Virus record (IMG/VR): IMGVR_UViG_3300014720_002243
Span: 20,700-84,699 of that record
Reading direction: 5' to 3' (one strand)
Source of the DNA: a virus
Taxonomy: Duplodnaviria; Caudoviricetes
DNA: 64,000 nt
The translations under genes were made by a program, and so were the position numbers. Of this stretch, positions 39,597 to 50,258 are shown piece after piece (position 1 is the first letter of the stretch; the number at the start of each line of letters is the position of its first letter). The notes beneath the pieces were generated by a model. That model searched no databases, was not told where the DNA came from, and saw nothing but the letters and a program-made list of their open reading frames with translations.

Positions 39597-39764
39597 GGGG
39601 GAGCCTCTACATAAATCCAATAGACACAAGGGTTTATGCTAGGTGGCTTCGGGAGCCAAAATCGTAAAGCCTTGTGTGCATTGAACTTAGATTTTTTTAA
39701 AGAATACGCTTGACAAATGACGATAATAGATGTAGAATGGATCAGAAACCTATTGGAGAGTAAA

Positions 39765-40730
39765 ATGGAAACCTTGTTTGTTCCTGTTCGTCATGATGTT
39801 GTTTCTTTCGCCTATAAGGGTAAGTCCTATACCGGGGAAGTTCGTAGAGTTTATGAAAAGCCCAAGGGTCATCTGATGATCGTGAAGATTGCGGAAGGTA
39901 AGTATCGCTCCTGCTATCTGGAAAACTGCGAAAACTTTTCATTCATTAATAAGTGAGGAAAAATGTCTACAATCTCTGTCTGGTTGGCTGGGGTTTCTGT
40001 AGTTTTTCTTGTAGGAGGCTTTGCCTGTTGGGCTATTGAGTCTTGTAAGAATAACTGGAGAAATAGAATCACAGTAGAGGATCTGGAAGAACTTGGTCGA
40101 TTATTTGAGCAGGAAGGCTCTTTCATTGGTTTTAATGATCGTGGGGAAAAGTTTTTAGTTGGTTTCACAAAGGATAAATAAACAAAGGAAAAAGGATGTT
40201 CGGTATTAATATAGACTGGATGTGGATGGGTGTGGGATTTATTGTGGGTATTGGTTGTTCTTGGGCTGTTTGCGATCTTGTTTTTCCGATAAAGAGGCAA
40301 TAATGAATCTTTACGATAAGATTATCTTGTCGAGTTCTTTTATCCTTGGCTGTGTGGTGAGCTGGATTATTAATCACTAAACATAAGTCCTTGTCTAGCA
40401 AAGATTTGCGGCAAGGCTATGCGGCCACGAAAATCATAAACCGTTGCCAATAAAAGACTTAGGCAAAATCCGATTTTTTCAAGAACCCCTCTTGCATTAG
40501 CCGATAATGACTGTATAATCGGTGCAACACTAGGGAGAAAAATGATGAGCATCTTCGAAGATACAGATACGATCAACGCTATCCTCTCCGATCTTGCGGA
40601 GCGTGAGATTCTTGAACCTATGGCTGAACCGATTGACGATCCCGACTGTCATCCTCTGGATTGGGCGGAAGTTGTTGGGGTTGCCGATGAGATTTTCGAT
40701 GAAATCTACCCAGAATCAAACAGGAGTTGA
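39765..40730 (+). CDS. Small hypothetical genes (39765..39956, 39963..40181 membrane-anchored, 40542..40730 acidic)
   Basis: RBS plus promoters; amino-acid composition. Confidence 0.5.
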
Positions 40731-40813
40731 CAAATAAAATGTTGAACGGTATACTCTTTATTGTCGGATATATCGGTTTGTTCTATATCGCTGTAACCTT
40801 GAAGGACTGAAAG

Positions 40814-41173
40814 ATGAGCCATCCTGACCCGTTGTATGATCCCGAAAACTCTTATGAGGATGATGATATGGACGCAAACTATGACGATTACAATGATTTC
40901 CATGATGGCGTTGATGGTGATGATCGTACTAATGAGTATTGGCCCAACCTAACTACCGGCGGTGATGACGATGAGGATGGCTGGAATGAATTTGATAGTT
41001 GGGATGAGGATTATGATGATAGTATGGACGGCGACCATGATAGCGGTATGGCTTCTGCAGGATGGGGAACCGACGAGGATTACGGTTATTACGGGGACGA
41101 TGTAGAAGATTTTCATACAGATGAGGCTGTGGGTTTTGTAGATTACGACGAAGACGGCCCATATTACGATTGA
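40814..41173 (+). CDS. Extremely acidic D/E/Y-rich protein
   Basis: 119 aa with almost no basic residues; N-terminus MSHPDPLYD is shared with 38230..38406 (MSCPDPLYD). Confidence 0.7.
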   Translation: MSHPDPLYDPENSYEDDDMDANYDDYNDFHDGVDGDDRTNEYWPNLTTGGDDDEDGWNEFDSWDEDYDDSMDGDHDSGMASAGWGTDEDYGYYGDDVEDFHTDEAVGFVDYDEDGPYYD

Positions 41174-41308
41174 ACCTAAAGCCTTATCGCACAATGGTTT
41201 GCGATTAGGCTCTCCGAGAGCATATGTCTTAAACCCTTGTGAGGCAACGCTTTAGAAAAAATAAAGATTTGCTATTGCAAAAGCCGATTATAGTGGTAGG
41301 ATACGAGT

Positions 41309-41488
41309 ATGAGCAAGCGAAACAGCAAAAAGACGATCACGATTAGCCTGAATCTAAAAAAGGTTTGGGAGGTTCCTCGCGGACATTGTGAACATATTAG
41401 TGGTACCGGTGTCCACGATAATAGGGCTAGGCGTGAGCGTACCCGTGGTACTGCTAACCGTAAGGCTTTTAGAGACTATGAGGACTGA
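41309..41488 (+). CDS. Small Arg/His-rich basic protein (paralog of 50894..51058)
   Basis: KKVWEVPRGHCEH...DNRARRERTR versus KKPWELSTGHREH...DNRPKRQRTR. Confidence 0.6.
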   Translation: MSKRNSKKTITISLNLKKVWEVPRGHCEHISGTGVHDNRARRERTRGTANRKAFRDYED

Positions 41489-41779
41489 GTCTCTGCTAAT
41501 CCTAAAGGATTGACTAGAGTGGCTGTAGTCAGCGAGAATTTCTTGTATAGACATTATCAACATAAAGGATAAAATGCTAAAATCTTCTAATGTTTTGATT
41601 TCTTTGTCTGAGATCGAAGTTTGTTTGATTATTGCTGGTTTGTATACTGTAAAGGGTAAACAGGCTGATGAATCTTATAAGATTTTTGTCCAACAACTAA
41701 TCGACAAGGTATCGAAGACTCAACCGGAAACATCGATTTGCTAGTTGACAAACTCTTACAAGAAAGGTAGAATGTTGCT

Positions 41780-43488
41780 ATGACTGGTATGACGCTTAAG
41801 GATTGGATTAACGCTTATATTCCAAAAGGAAAGACTGAGGATAATATGGTAAAAGTGGTGGTTACGCAAACTGATACGTTCTGTGGTGAGCCTAACTATG
41901 GCTGGGCTAACCGATATGAGTTTATTATTCACAAACAGGCATCTCAGCGTAATGTGGTGCGTAAGGCTAAGGCTTTGGCCGGAATGACTGGTGTTAAGGC
42001 CGATACCTACGATTATGGTGATGGTTATACTGTAAAGCCTCGTGGATATAATCAGGTTATTTTTGTGGATTTTGAATAATGAAACTTTTTAAAAAGAAAA
42101 ACCCATATGAAAAAGCTAGAGAAAGAATGGAGCGTGAAACAGCTAGGGCTCTTGCTCATGTTCAGAATCTAGAAAAAATGTATCAAGAAATGAAAAAGAA
42201 GCATAAGACGTAACCTCTTGATAATCAAGGCTTTGCAAAAAGCCTCATCAATAGAAGAACTCATAAACCATTGTCCAGAAAGGACTTAAAGATTTTTGAA
42301 AAATCACTACAGAGACCCCTTGACAGATACCGATAAAGATAGTAGAATACGACAACAACAGGAAAGGAAGTTTATGCTCTACCGTTTTTATGATATTGTG
42401 GCCGAAAACGATGAAACCGAATACTCTTTGGATAAGGAATACACTCTAGATATTCCAGAACATGATATGTCTACCGCTGTTGAGCGGCAAGAATACCTCG
42501 GTAAGATGTTTGATGCTCTGATTGCTGCTACTGGTTGCAATATTTCCTCTTTTAGTTGCGACCCATCGTAAGCAGACACCCGTTTTCATAAATCCTTACC
42601 AGATAAGGGTTTGTGAACTTCGGGACCGGCATAGATATGCGTAAAGCCTTGCAACGTAAGAACTTGCATCAAAAAAAGATTTTTTCAAGATTTGCTCTTG
42701 CTTTTGTCGATAATAGAGGTATACTTAGAGAATACCACTCGAAGGAGATGCTAAAATGAGTCCTGACGGAACCTACAACGGATATGCGAATCGTGAGACT
42801 TGGAATGTTTGTCTTTGGATTTCTAATGATGAAGGTCTGAACGAGTTTGCGGCCGTTTGCCAAAACTACAATGATTTCAAGGCTAGGCTTCGTGAAGTTG
42901 ATCCCGATTCGGCTATCGCATATGAAACGCCCGACAATGTGGCTTGGAACGATAGTGCCGTGAATCTTGCAGAAATGCAGGACTATTGGGAAGAAAACTT
43001 TTCTAAGGTTTGGGGTTGACAAACGACGATACAGAGTGTAAACTGTAAGCAAGTGACGATAACAATAGAAGAAAGGGAATGATATGAGCGATTGGATTCT
43101 GATTGGCGGTGTTTTTACGGCTGTGATGGTGTCTATTATGGCCTTTGTTGTCTATGGTGTTTATGGTGGTGTTCATGCTTCGCTGTCGAACGCGAAGAAG
43201 GGAGAGGTTTACAACTTCCTTTATGAGCAGCCACTTCATGGTGATCCTGAGAGATTTATGGCTAGAGTTCTTACTGTGAATATTATGACTGACGAAGACA
43301 TTCGCCGTCTCAATAGTAAGAGCCGTTATCGTCGTAATGATCCAGAGTTTCACCGAACTAGGCATCTTATTACCGCTCAAACTGCGGATGGTAAGGTGAG
43401 AAACTTTTATGCGGAGCGTACTACGCAGTGCAAGCGACCCCTACTGGCTGGGGCTCTGTTCAAGGCTGGCTTGGCCCATCTTTTCTAA
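41780..43488 (+). CDS. Hypothetical genes (41780/41846..42079, 42374..42571, 42756..43019, 43084..43488)
   Basis: ORFs with RBS and promoters; 42756 has a TYNGYANRETWNVCLWI motif common in phage small proteins; 43084 has an N-terminal transmembrane helix. Confidence 0.55.
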
Positions 43489-43819
43489 ACTTCCTTTCTA
43501 GGTTGTCGCGGAACCTTCGCTCTAAGTCCTTGTTTACCAAGGGTTTGGGGCGAAGGCCCGCGGTACAACAAGACATAAACCCTTGAGAATCAACAAGATA
43601 GAAAAAATAAAGTTTTGACCGTTGACAAGTCGATAATACTTGTTAGAATACGTTTATGAATACTACAAACTGCTACGCTTACCCTACATACGCTTGGAAA
43701 GTTTTTAGATTTAGCCACACTTTTGTTGGTGTGATTACTGCAAGTTCGCAATATCAGGCTATCATTCTTGCAAAAGAGAAATATGGGGATTTTGTTTGGA
43801 TTGAAAGAGTTAGGTAGTT

Positions 43820-43892
43820 GGCCCCATCGTCTAGTGGCCTAGGACAACGGATTTTCGTTCCGTTTACCGGGGTTCGAATCCCCGTGGGGTCA
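43820..43892 (+). tRNA. tRNA-Glu(TTC)
   Basis: Cloverleaf GGCCCCA/TGGGGTC, anticodon loop TTTTCGT, T-loop TTCGAAT. Confidence 0.9.
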
Positions 43893-43897
43893 TTTGT

Positions 43898-43970
43898 GGT
43901 CCGGTAGCCCAACGGCAGAGGCGATAGACTCAAAATCTATTTGTTGTGGGTTCGAGTCCCACCTGGACTA
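43898..43970 (+). tRNA. tRNA-Leu(CAA) with short variable loop
   Basis: GGTCCGG/CTGGACT, anticodon loop CTCAAAA, 5-nt variable loop. Confidence 0.85.
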
Positions 43971-44075
43971 CCTAAACTGATAGGATCGGCACCGTGGCGA
44001 TAGTCAGTACCATCTGTGGGTCTTGACAAAAAATAAATATCAGATAGAATACAACTAAATAGGAGAGTATTGAAT

Positions 44076-44529
44076 ATGAAACCAGAAGATGTTATAAATG
44101 GTTTGATCGCTGCTGATGATCTTCATTGGTGCGAAGAGGAACAAAAATATATCCTATTGACAATGGATGAGGTCGATGGTATACTGCAAGCCTGTGCTGA
44201 CAACGGTATGACCGAAGAACATATGGAATATGTTATGAATGTTGTCAAGTGGTGTGAACGAGTGCGTGCTGGTCAACTGTTGTGGAAAAACTTTGTGGCT
44301 GGTCATGTATGTGTTGACGGCTTTGATGAAACTGGAGAGCCTTTCTTTGCAAAGTGTCCACCTAATGAGTGATATTACTTTTAGTGAAGTTGAGCATTTG
44401 GCTAATGGAAAGCAACTAGCATTGGTTTGTCATTATCATTATGAACTGAAAAATGGTGATGGTGCGGTAGTTTACTGGTCTTATTTTTTGGAAGATATCG
44501 AAAACTTTTTGAGGACTTATCATGCCTAA
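44076..44529 (+). CDS. Two hypothetical genes (44076..44372, 44365..44529)
   Basis: Overlapping stop/start junctions; AGGAG RBS. Confidence 0.5.
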
Positions 44530-45019
44530 CTGGTGCTTGAACAAGTTGACCGTTTCCCATACCGACAAGGCTGCTATGGATCGGTTTGTATCCGCATACA
44601 ACAAGGGAACTCTGTGCCAAGAGTTTCTTCCTATGCCAGAAGATATTGGTGATGGTTGGTATGATTGGTGCATCAACAACTGGGGAACAAAGTGGGATGT
44701 GGGTGCTGATGAAGGTACAGAGAAGGAAGAACGATATGGCTTGAAGGCTACTACTGTTGGAAATGAGGCTTGTTGCTCTTTTGACTCTGCTTGGGCTCCT
44801 CCCGTTGGTTTGTACGAAAAACTGGACGAGTTGGGCTATAAGATTCATGCTAGTTATTTTGAGCCGGGTATGGCTTTTTGTGGAGTGTGGGCTGACGGAT
44901 TCGACAACTATATCGAGTATAAGAGTAAGGATATGATTCCTATGGGTATCTGGAATGATTTTGGATTGACAGACTTCTTTCAAGATGAGGAAGAGATCGA
45001 ATCTTCAGAAAGCGTCTAA
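44522..45019 (+). CDS. DUF1281/YubB (Api92-like ferredoxin-fold) protein
   Basis: MPNWC.N.L, WYDW...NWGTKWD, FDSAWAPP and Y.EPGMAFCG motifs. Confidence 0.8.
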   Translation: MPNWCLNKLTVSHTDKAAMDRFVSAYNKGTLCQEFLPMPEDIGDGWYDWCINNWGTKWDVGADEGTEKEERYGLKATTVGNEACCSFDSAWAPPVGLYEKLDELGYKIHASYFEPGMAFCGVWADGFDNYIEYKSKDMIPMGIWNDFGLTDFFQDEEEIESSESV

Positions 45020-45180
45020 ATAAGCGGGTTCGCTCTAAATCCAAGAATATCAAGGGTTTAGGGCAAACCGGCCCGTGGAGGCTGAACGCAAACCCTTGTA
45101 GAGCATCGACTTAGATTTTCTGGATTTTGTCTCTTGACAAGCCGATAATAGTTGATAGAATGCTGGAAAAGGAGATTCAC

Positions 45181-45435
45181 ATGCTTACGCGATATGCTCT
45201 TAGCGATAATGTTGACCGGTGGGTGAGCCATGATGGTGGCACTATCAAGTTTAGTGGCAATACCATGAGCGGCCGTCCGTTTGAAATCGTAACCTATCTT
45301 AATGATGCTAATAGGTGGGCTAACGGCGAATGTATTCAAACCTGTTTTCCTTATCTCTCGTCGGAAGAAAGGGAGATTCTGATTACTGGGCACGATGATG
45401 AATCTTGGGCTTTGCTTTTCGGAGAGGCTGAATAA
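45181..45435 (+). CDS. Hypothetical protein
   Basis: IQ..FPYLS.EERE.LITG motif; AGGAG RBS. Confidence 0.6.
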   Translation: MLTRYALSDNVDRWVSHDGGTIKFSGNTMSGRPFEIVTYLNDANRWANGECIQTCFPYLSSEEREILITGHDDESWALLFGEAE

Positions 45436-45490
45436 AAATATTCTAAAGCAAACCCTATTGACAAGCCGATAATAGAGTGTAGAATACAAA

Positions 45491-45572
45491 AAGTAGCGGT
45501 GGAGTGCCAGAGATAACTTCATACTAAGCCGTGACAAGATAGAGAAGAAGCACTAAACTTGTCGTACTACTT
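45491..45572 (+). ncRNA. Candidate structured RNA A
   Basis: Follows a strong promoter (45458-45485) with no RBS or ORF; nested helices AAGTAG/CTACTT, CGGT/GCCG, GGAGT/ACTTC, GACAAG/CTTGTC. Confidence 0.45.
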
Positions 45573-45579
45573 CAAATAT

Positions 45580-45714
45580 TCGTGGGTTCATGCCTGGGAC
45601 TAGATAGGAATAAGCCATTACGATAAACTCGGACTGCGTAAGACGAGTTGACACTGGGCTTATACAGTGTATAGTAATGCCTATCTATGAGGGATAGCGT
45701 CCTCACCACGACCA
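45580..45714 (+). ncRNA. Candidate tRNA-like pseudoknotted RNA B ending in CCA
   Basis: Helices TCGTGG/CCACGA, TAGATAGG/CCTATCTA, CATTAC/GTAATG, AACTCG/CGAGTT, CACTG/CAGTG, TGAGG/CCTCA; loop GGCTTAT is complementary to ATAAGCC. Confidence 0.6.
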
Positions 45715-45749
45715 ATACAACCAGTAACCGTTTTAGCAATGAGGGTATA

Positions 45750-47176
45750 ATGACCGTTAACGAACTTATTGAACAGTTGAAGAACTATCCCGGTGATACT
45801 AGGGTGCTTACTCTTGGTTATGAGGGTGGGTATCACGATATTAGGCTAGATAATAATGATATTGTGTTCGATGTTAAGCGTGGTGATGGTGCTTGGTATT
45901 ATGGGCCTCATGAGTGTGTTAAATTTACTGATGAAGAAACTGGGACTCCGTGTTTGATTATTACAAGGGAAATTACTAGGGTTACTGATAAACATGGATT
46001 GGAATAACTCTCATAAGAATCCGCCAACTGAGGGCCAGAAAGTTTATTATTTTGGAGAAAATATTGGTATAGGTATTGGACACTATAGGTATAAAGAAAA
46101 TAGTGTATACGGTATCGAACTTTGTCCACATCTATTTAAGAATGTTGATTGGGGTTTGGTAGATGCTTGTGATGCTCCTTACTGGCTACCATACGATGAG
46201 GAGCGAGCAAAAAGTTGGTGTCCTATTATTCCAGAAAAATATACTACAGGATTATACGACTGATTATGGAACTAAAAACTCTTAGTGATATTTGTCCATG
46301 TGGACTTTGTAGTGTGGCAGCATACACTCTGGATCGTAATGGTATATGGTGGTTCTATTGCGACAAATGCTATTGGTGGTATATCGGAAACTCTTACTGA
46401 TAAAGGGTTTGCGACGATCCTGCCCGAGGAGGTTATTCGTAAAACCTTGAGAATACAAGACTTAGGGTTTTTTAAAGAATACTCTTGACGATACCGATCT
46501 ATACTGTATACTTAAGGGGAACAATGGACGGGGATAGCCACAATGATATCAAAAGAGGCTATCTGAAATGCTGGTCGAGTATGGCGGAAGCCGACATTGT
46601 TTTTCCTAATCCTACGGATTTGGCTAGAGTGGCTGTAGTCAGCGAAAGTTTAAAGGTCTTGACAAGTACTGGTCGATAAGGTATACTAGCAACATGAAAC
46701 AGAACCAACTACATGGCGAAGTAAGGTTTCATCTTGGTGGTGGGGCTCATTATATGCACTGGCAAGTGCGAATCAAGCAGGGCGGTAAAACTGTTGACGT
46801 GTATTATTACGACCCTAATGAATATCAGTTGGAAATGAGGGGCTGTAGGCTGCGTAATCGTCCTAATAAAGCCAAGCAAGTTTTTGAGGCTGGTGTGCAT
46901 GATGTGAGCGGGTGGATTCGGTGTGAAGAAACCATGCTTCGCAAAAGTTTTTATCCGGTTTTGCCTGTTGACAATCTTGAAAAGTTGTATTATAATCCGC
47001 TTCGTGATCCACACTGGCGTCGTGAAAGTGATAACAATGAGTTTATCTGGGATGAAACACAATACGCTACACTGATTACAAGTGGCAAGCAAGTTTATAT
47101 TCTAGAAGAACGAGATTGTGCATTTGACAATATTAGAGAAATAGACCCAAAGTATTTAGAAGGATTTAATGTATGA
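45750..47176 (+). CDS. Hypothetical genes (45750..46007, 45994..46263, 46266..46400, 46694..47176)
   Basis: Packed ORFs; MTVNELIEQL..YP.D N-terminus typical of phage small proteins. Confidence 0.55.
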
Positions 47177-47541
47177 TTAGTATTCAGGTGACGATTGCCG
47201 AGGCTATTGCTATTGCTAACACGGCGGGTAACGATCTGCATGATCGTATCGTGAAGGTTATTGAGGTGGCTCTTGGCGTCAACCAGAGTCGTGATGTGAC
47301 CATCACCAAGATGCCGGGAGACAATCGTCTCGCTTGTATCAAGAGTATTCGTTTGCACTCTGGCTGGAGTTTGAAAGAGGCCAAGGAATGGACGGATACT
47401 CTGGTGGGGCGATACGACAGCACTTATGGTAAGTGGATTAACGGCGCTAGTAAGAGTACTATCAAGTTGCCTACTCCCGATGCAGCCGAGACTCTGTTGC
47501 GTGAACTGACCACTTTGGGCTGCGAGGGATACCTCTCTTAA
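47173..47541 (+). CDS. Protein with ribosomal L7/L12 C-terminal-like domain
   Basis: RLACIKSIRLHSGWSLKEAKEWTD...AETLLRELTTLG resembles the K..VIK.VR..TGLGLKEAK..V motif. Confidence 0.6.
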   Translation: MISIQVTIAEAIAIANTAGNDLHDRIVKVIEVALGVNQSRDVTITKMPGDNRLACIKSIRLHSGWSLKEAKEWTDTLVGRYDSTYGKWINGASKSTIKLPTPDAAETLLRELTTLGCEGYLS

Positions 47542-47811
47542 ACTAAAGCCTTGCTGCGTAAAGCTTTACGCCAAGGCGAGACGGCGACAGAAAACGCAAA
47601 CCCTTGATACTGCTAAACTTAGGAAAAATCAAAGAAAGATTCAATGTAGAGGGTTGACAATGACGATAACCATGATATACTGATAGCATCACACGACAAG
47701 ACGCTAGTTGAGAGCAACCAACAAAGTTTCAACTTAGCACTTGACAGGTGATGTTGACGATGTATAATACGTTTACTTGGTTTGATAACACTTTTGAGAA
47801 AGGTTTTTACA

Positions 47812-48063
47812 ATGAAGAAGTTTTCTTTTGCGGTTGATGTTGTTGGTGATGATGTTGATTCGTCGGCTGTTGTTGATGCTCTGCGTAAGACGCTTACAAG
47901 CGAACTCTCCGACGAGGTGTTTGCTAATGTCAAGCCCGCTGGTGTCAAGGCTTTCAGCGAGCAGGGTTATAAGGTGTGGCGTGCCCGCGTCACTGGTGTG
48001 ACTGCCGAGCAGGCCGGTGATGCTCACGATGGCAAGATCGCCAAGGAGGAGGCTACTGCCTGA
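47812..48063 (+). CDS. Hypothetical protein
   Basis: ATG at 47812 with RBS; tandem promoters upstream. Confidence 0.6.
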   Translation: MKKFSFAVDVVGDDVDSSAVVDALRKTLTSELSDEVFANVKPAGVKAFSEQGYKVWRARVTGVTAEQAGDAHDGKIAKEEATA

Positions 48064-48101
48064 CTTGACAAACTGGACTGTGCCAGTATAAATAGGTTTT
48101 A

Positions 48102-48282
48102 GGCACAGTGCGGCGGGATAACTTCCCGCGTAATATGCCGGGGATTCAACCGGCCTAGCAGAGTCTAACCAACTAATAACCAGCGTGGTTGCTGGGAAGG
48201 GGTCTGCTGCTAGTAATATAGCGATGGTAAAGTGATCCCACCATCTAACCGTATAGCCCGCACGGGACGCCGTGACGGGCTT
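48102..48282 (+). ncRNA. Candidate multi-stem structured RNA C
   Basis: GC-rich non-coding stretch after a promoter at 48065-48092; stems GCGGGA/TCCCGC, GCCGG/CCGGC, AGCAGA/TCTGCT, CCAGC/GCTGG, GATGGT/ACCATC, GCCCG-CACGG/CCGTG-CGGGC. Confidence 0.6.
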
Positions 48283-48293
48283 TCGGCAATAGA

Positions 48294-48365
48294 GGCCCCA
48301 TAGTTAAATGGATATAACAAGTGCCTTCTAAGCACTGGTTAGAGGTTCGATTCCTCTTGGGGCTA
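48294..48365 (+). tRNA. tRNA-Arg(TCT)
   Basis: GGCCCCA/TGGGGCT, anticodon loop CTTCTAA. Confidence 0.9.
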
Positions 48366-48532
48366 TTTCTCTAAAGCATTGAAGCGTAAGGCTTTGCGAA
48401 TATTGTGGGCGGAGGCGAAAATCATAAACCTTTGTGATTCAAGGATTTACGCATAAAATCTTTTCTTCAAGAATAGGGCTTGACTGTACCGATAATCTAG
48501 TGTAGAATCGAGAGACACGCTAGGAGAAAGTG

Positions 48533-49243
48533 ATGAAAACTGCAAACGGTAATGACAAGTTAGGTAAGGAAAACTGTATCGTCGTGTCTCGTCCCGTTGG
48601 CGATACTTGTCCACCAGACTGTGATTTTTTGGGTAATGGTTGCTATGCCGAGGACTTGGAAAATATCTATCCCGGTGTGCGTCCTGCTGGTATGCAGAAT
48701 CTTATCACGGAAAAAAACCGTATCCGTTCGATGTTGGTCGATGCTGTCAAGAAAAATAAAGATGTTCGCTGGCATGAACGCGGCGACTTTTTCAAGGACG
48801 GTCAACTCGACAATGAATATGTCGATAATGTATTGTGGGCTTGTGAGAGTATCGTGGCCGATGGCGGTAGTCTGCCAACAATGTGGGCATATACTCATAT
48901 TTATGATACTAGACTGTCTACTGAACTTGGTAAGTATATAAATATGTATGCTAGTATCCATGATGGCGAAGATATGAAACAGGCAAAGGCCGCTGGTTTT
49001 AGGCATTTTGCGTGGTGCGATAGTGATACTAAGATTGCCCCTAAGCGTCCGCGTAGTAAGGCTAAAGCCGACGCATGGCGAGCAGCATTACCGAAACTGG
49101 TTGTCTTAGAGGGGGTAAAGTTTATCACTTGCCCGGAAATCCGTCGTGGTCGTGGTGTCGTCACTTGCACGAAAACTAAAAATAGCGTACACTGTGATTT
49201 GTGTCCGCGTGGCTTGGCTAATGTTTTGTTTCCCTCCCACTGA
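48533..49243 (+). CDS. GP88-like Cys-cluster (radical-SAM-like) phage protein
   Basis: TCP..C......CYA, VRWHERGDF, WAYT and C-terminal CP...C...C..C motifs. Confidence 0.6.
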   Translation: MKTANGNDKLGKENCIVVSRPVGDTCPPDCDFLGNGCYAEDLENIYPGVRPAGMQNLITEKNRIRSMLVDAVKKNKDVRWHERGDFFKDGQLDNEYVDNVLWACESIVADGGSLPTMWAYTHIYDTRLSTELGKYINMYASIHDGEDMKQAKAAGFRHFAWCDSDTKIAPKRPRSKAKADAWRAALPKLVVLEGVKFITCPEIRRGRGVVTCTKTKNSVHCDLCPRGLANVLFPSH

Positions 49244-49250
49244 GGATAAG

Positions 49251-49487
49251 ATGAAAAGTTTTACATATGAGTGCGTTACTCTTGAAGATATTTGTAAGCA
49301 TAATCATTTGAATCATGCCGAAATAATGGATGCTGTTTCTAATAGTGATGTATCTTTTGGTACTAATGCTGACACTCTAATGACTAGAAGTATGTTACAG
49401 GACATTGTGGACGATTGGTTTGATAATCCTACACAGTTAGATTGGTGCGGCTACGATGATCGTATCCTCATTAGTCTAGGAAGTTGA
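49251..49487 (+). CDS. Hypothetical protein
   Basis: GAGG RBS, ATG at 49251. Confidence 0.5.
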   Translation: MKSFTYECVTLEDICKHNHLNHAEIMDAVSNSDVSFGTNADTLMTRSMLQDIVDDWFDNPTQLDWCGYDDRILISLGS

Positions 49488-49658
49488 TCTAAAGCCTTAA
49501 TACGCAAGGGTTTGCGTCAAGGCGACACGTCAAGAAAAGACATAAACCATTGATACGTAACGACTTAAGATTCTAAAGAATCAGCATTGACAATGCCGAT
49601 AAATAGTGTAGAATACAAGCAACTAAACGGGTATTTCTTATGTCTAGATGGAGTGAAA

Positions 49659-50258
49659 ATGGCTAAGAATAAGTTTTCTTATGTGGGTAAGTATGCTGAT
49701 GGAGGGAGTCAAAACTCTTTCTACAAAGTAAAGAATACCAAATACGGATTCAAAAGTTTTCCAAATAAAAGTTTAGCAACATTCGCACATAAGGTACAAT
49801 CTGTATTGTCCCAAGATATTCTTGCTCCAAAAGTTTTTAGTCCCGTTTGCAGGATCAGGATTCCTAACTTCTTTATGGGTCGTGGAGGTAAAACAGAGAC
49901 TCACATGATTCTGAGCGATTGGGGTTATCTTACTGAAATCGCTTTACCTTTTAGATGTAAGTCTGATGACTATTGTGATGGAGACTGTGCTCATAATACA
50001 GGGTGTGTGCATCATGATACTATTTGTAATCTTATTGATGATATTGGTGGTTGCGGGCTAGACTACATTGATGCACATGAGTACAATCTAGGGTATGTCA
50101 AAAGAGGAAAGAATAAGTTTTTGGTAGTTATTGATGTCGGTGCCGAGAGCATTAGTCCTCAAGATGATGAGGATTATTATCCCGAAGTGTGTTGGGATGG
50201 TTCGGAAGATATGGAGTGTTGCTGTGAACAATGTAGGAGCAAATACGCATATGCCTAA
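49659..50258 (+). CDS. Stand-alone protein-kinase-like protein
   Basis: Gly loop DGGSQNSF, YGFK lysine, catalytic IDAHEYNLGY, VVIDVG. Confidence 0.65.
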   Translation: MAKNKFSYVGKYADGGSQNSFYKVKNTKYGFKSFPNKSLATFAHKVQSVLSQDILAPKVFSPVCRIRIPNFFMGRGGKTETHMILSDWGYLTEIALPFRCKSDDYCDGDCAHNTGCVHHDTICNLIDDIGGCGLDYIDAHEYNLGYVKRGKNKFLVVIDVGAESISPQDDEDYYPEVCWDGSEDMECCCEQCRSKYAYA

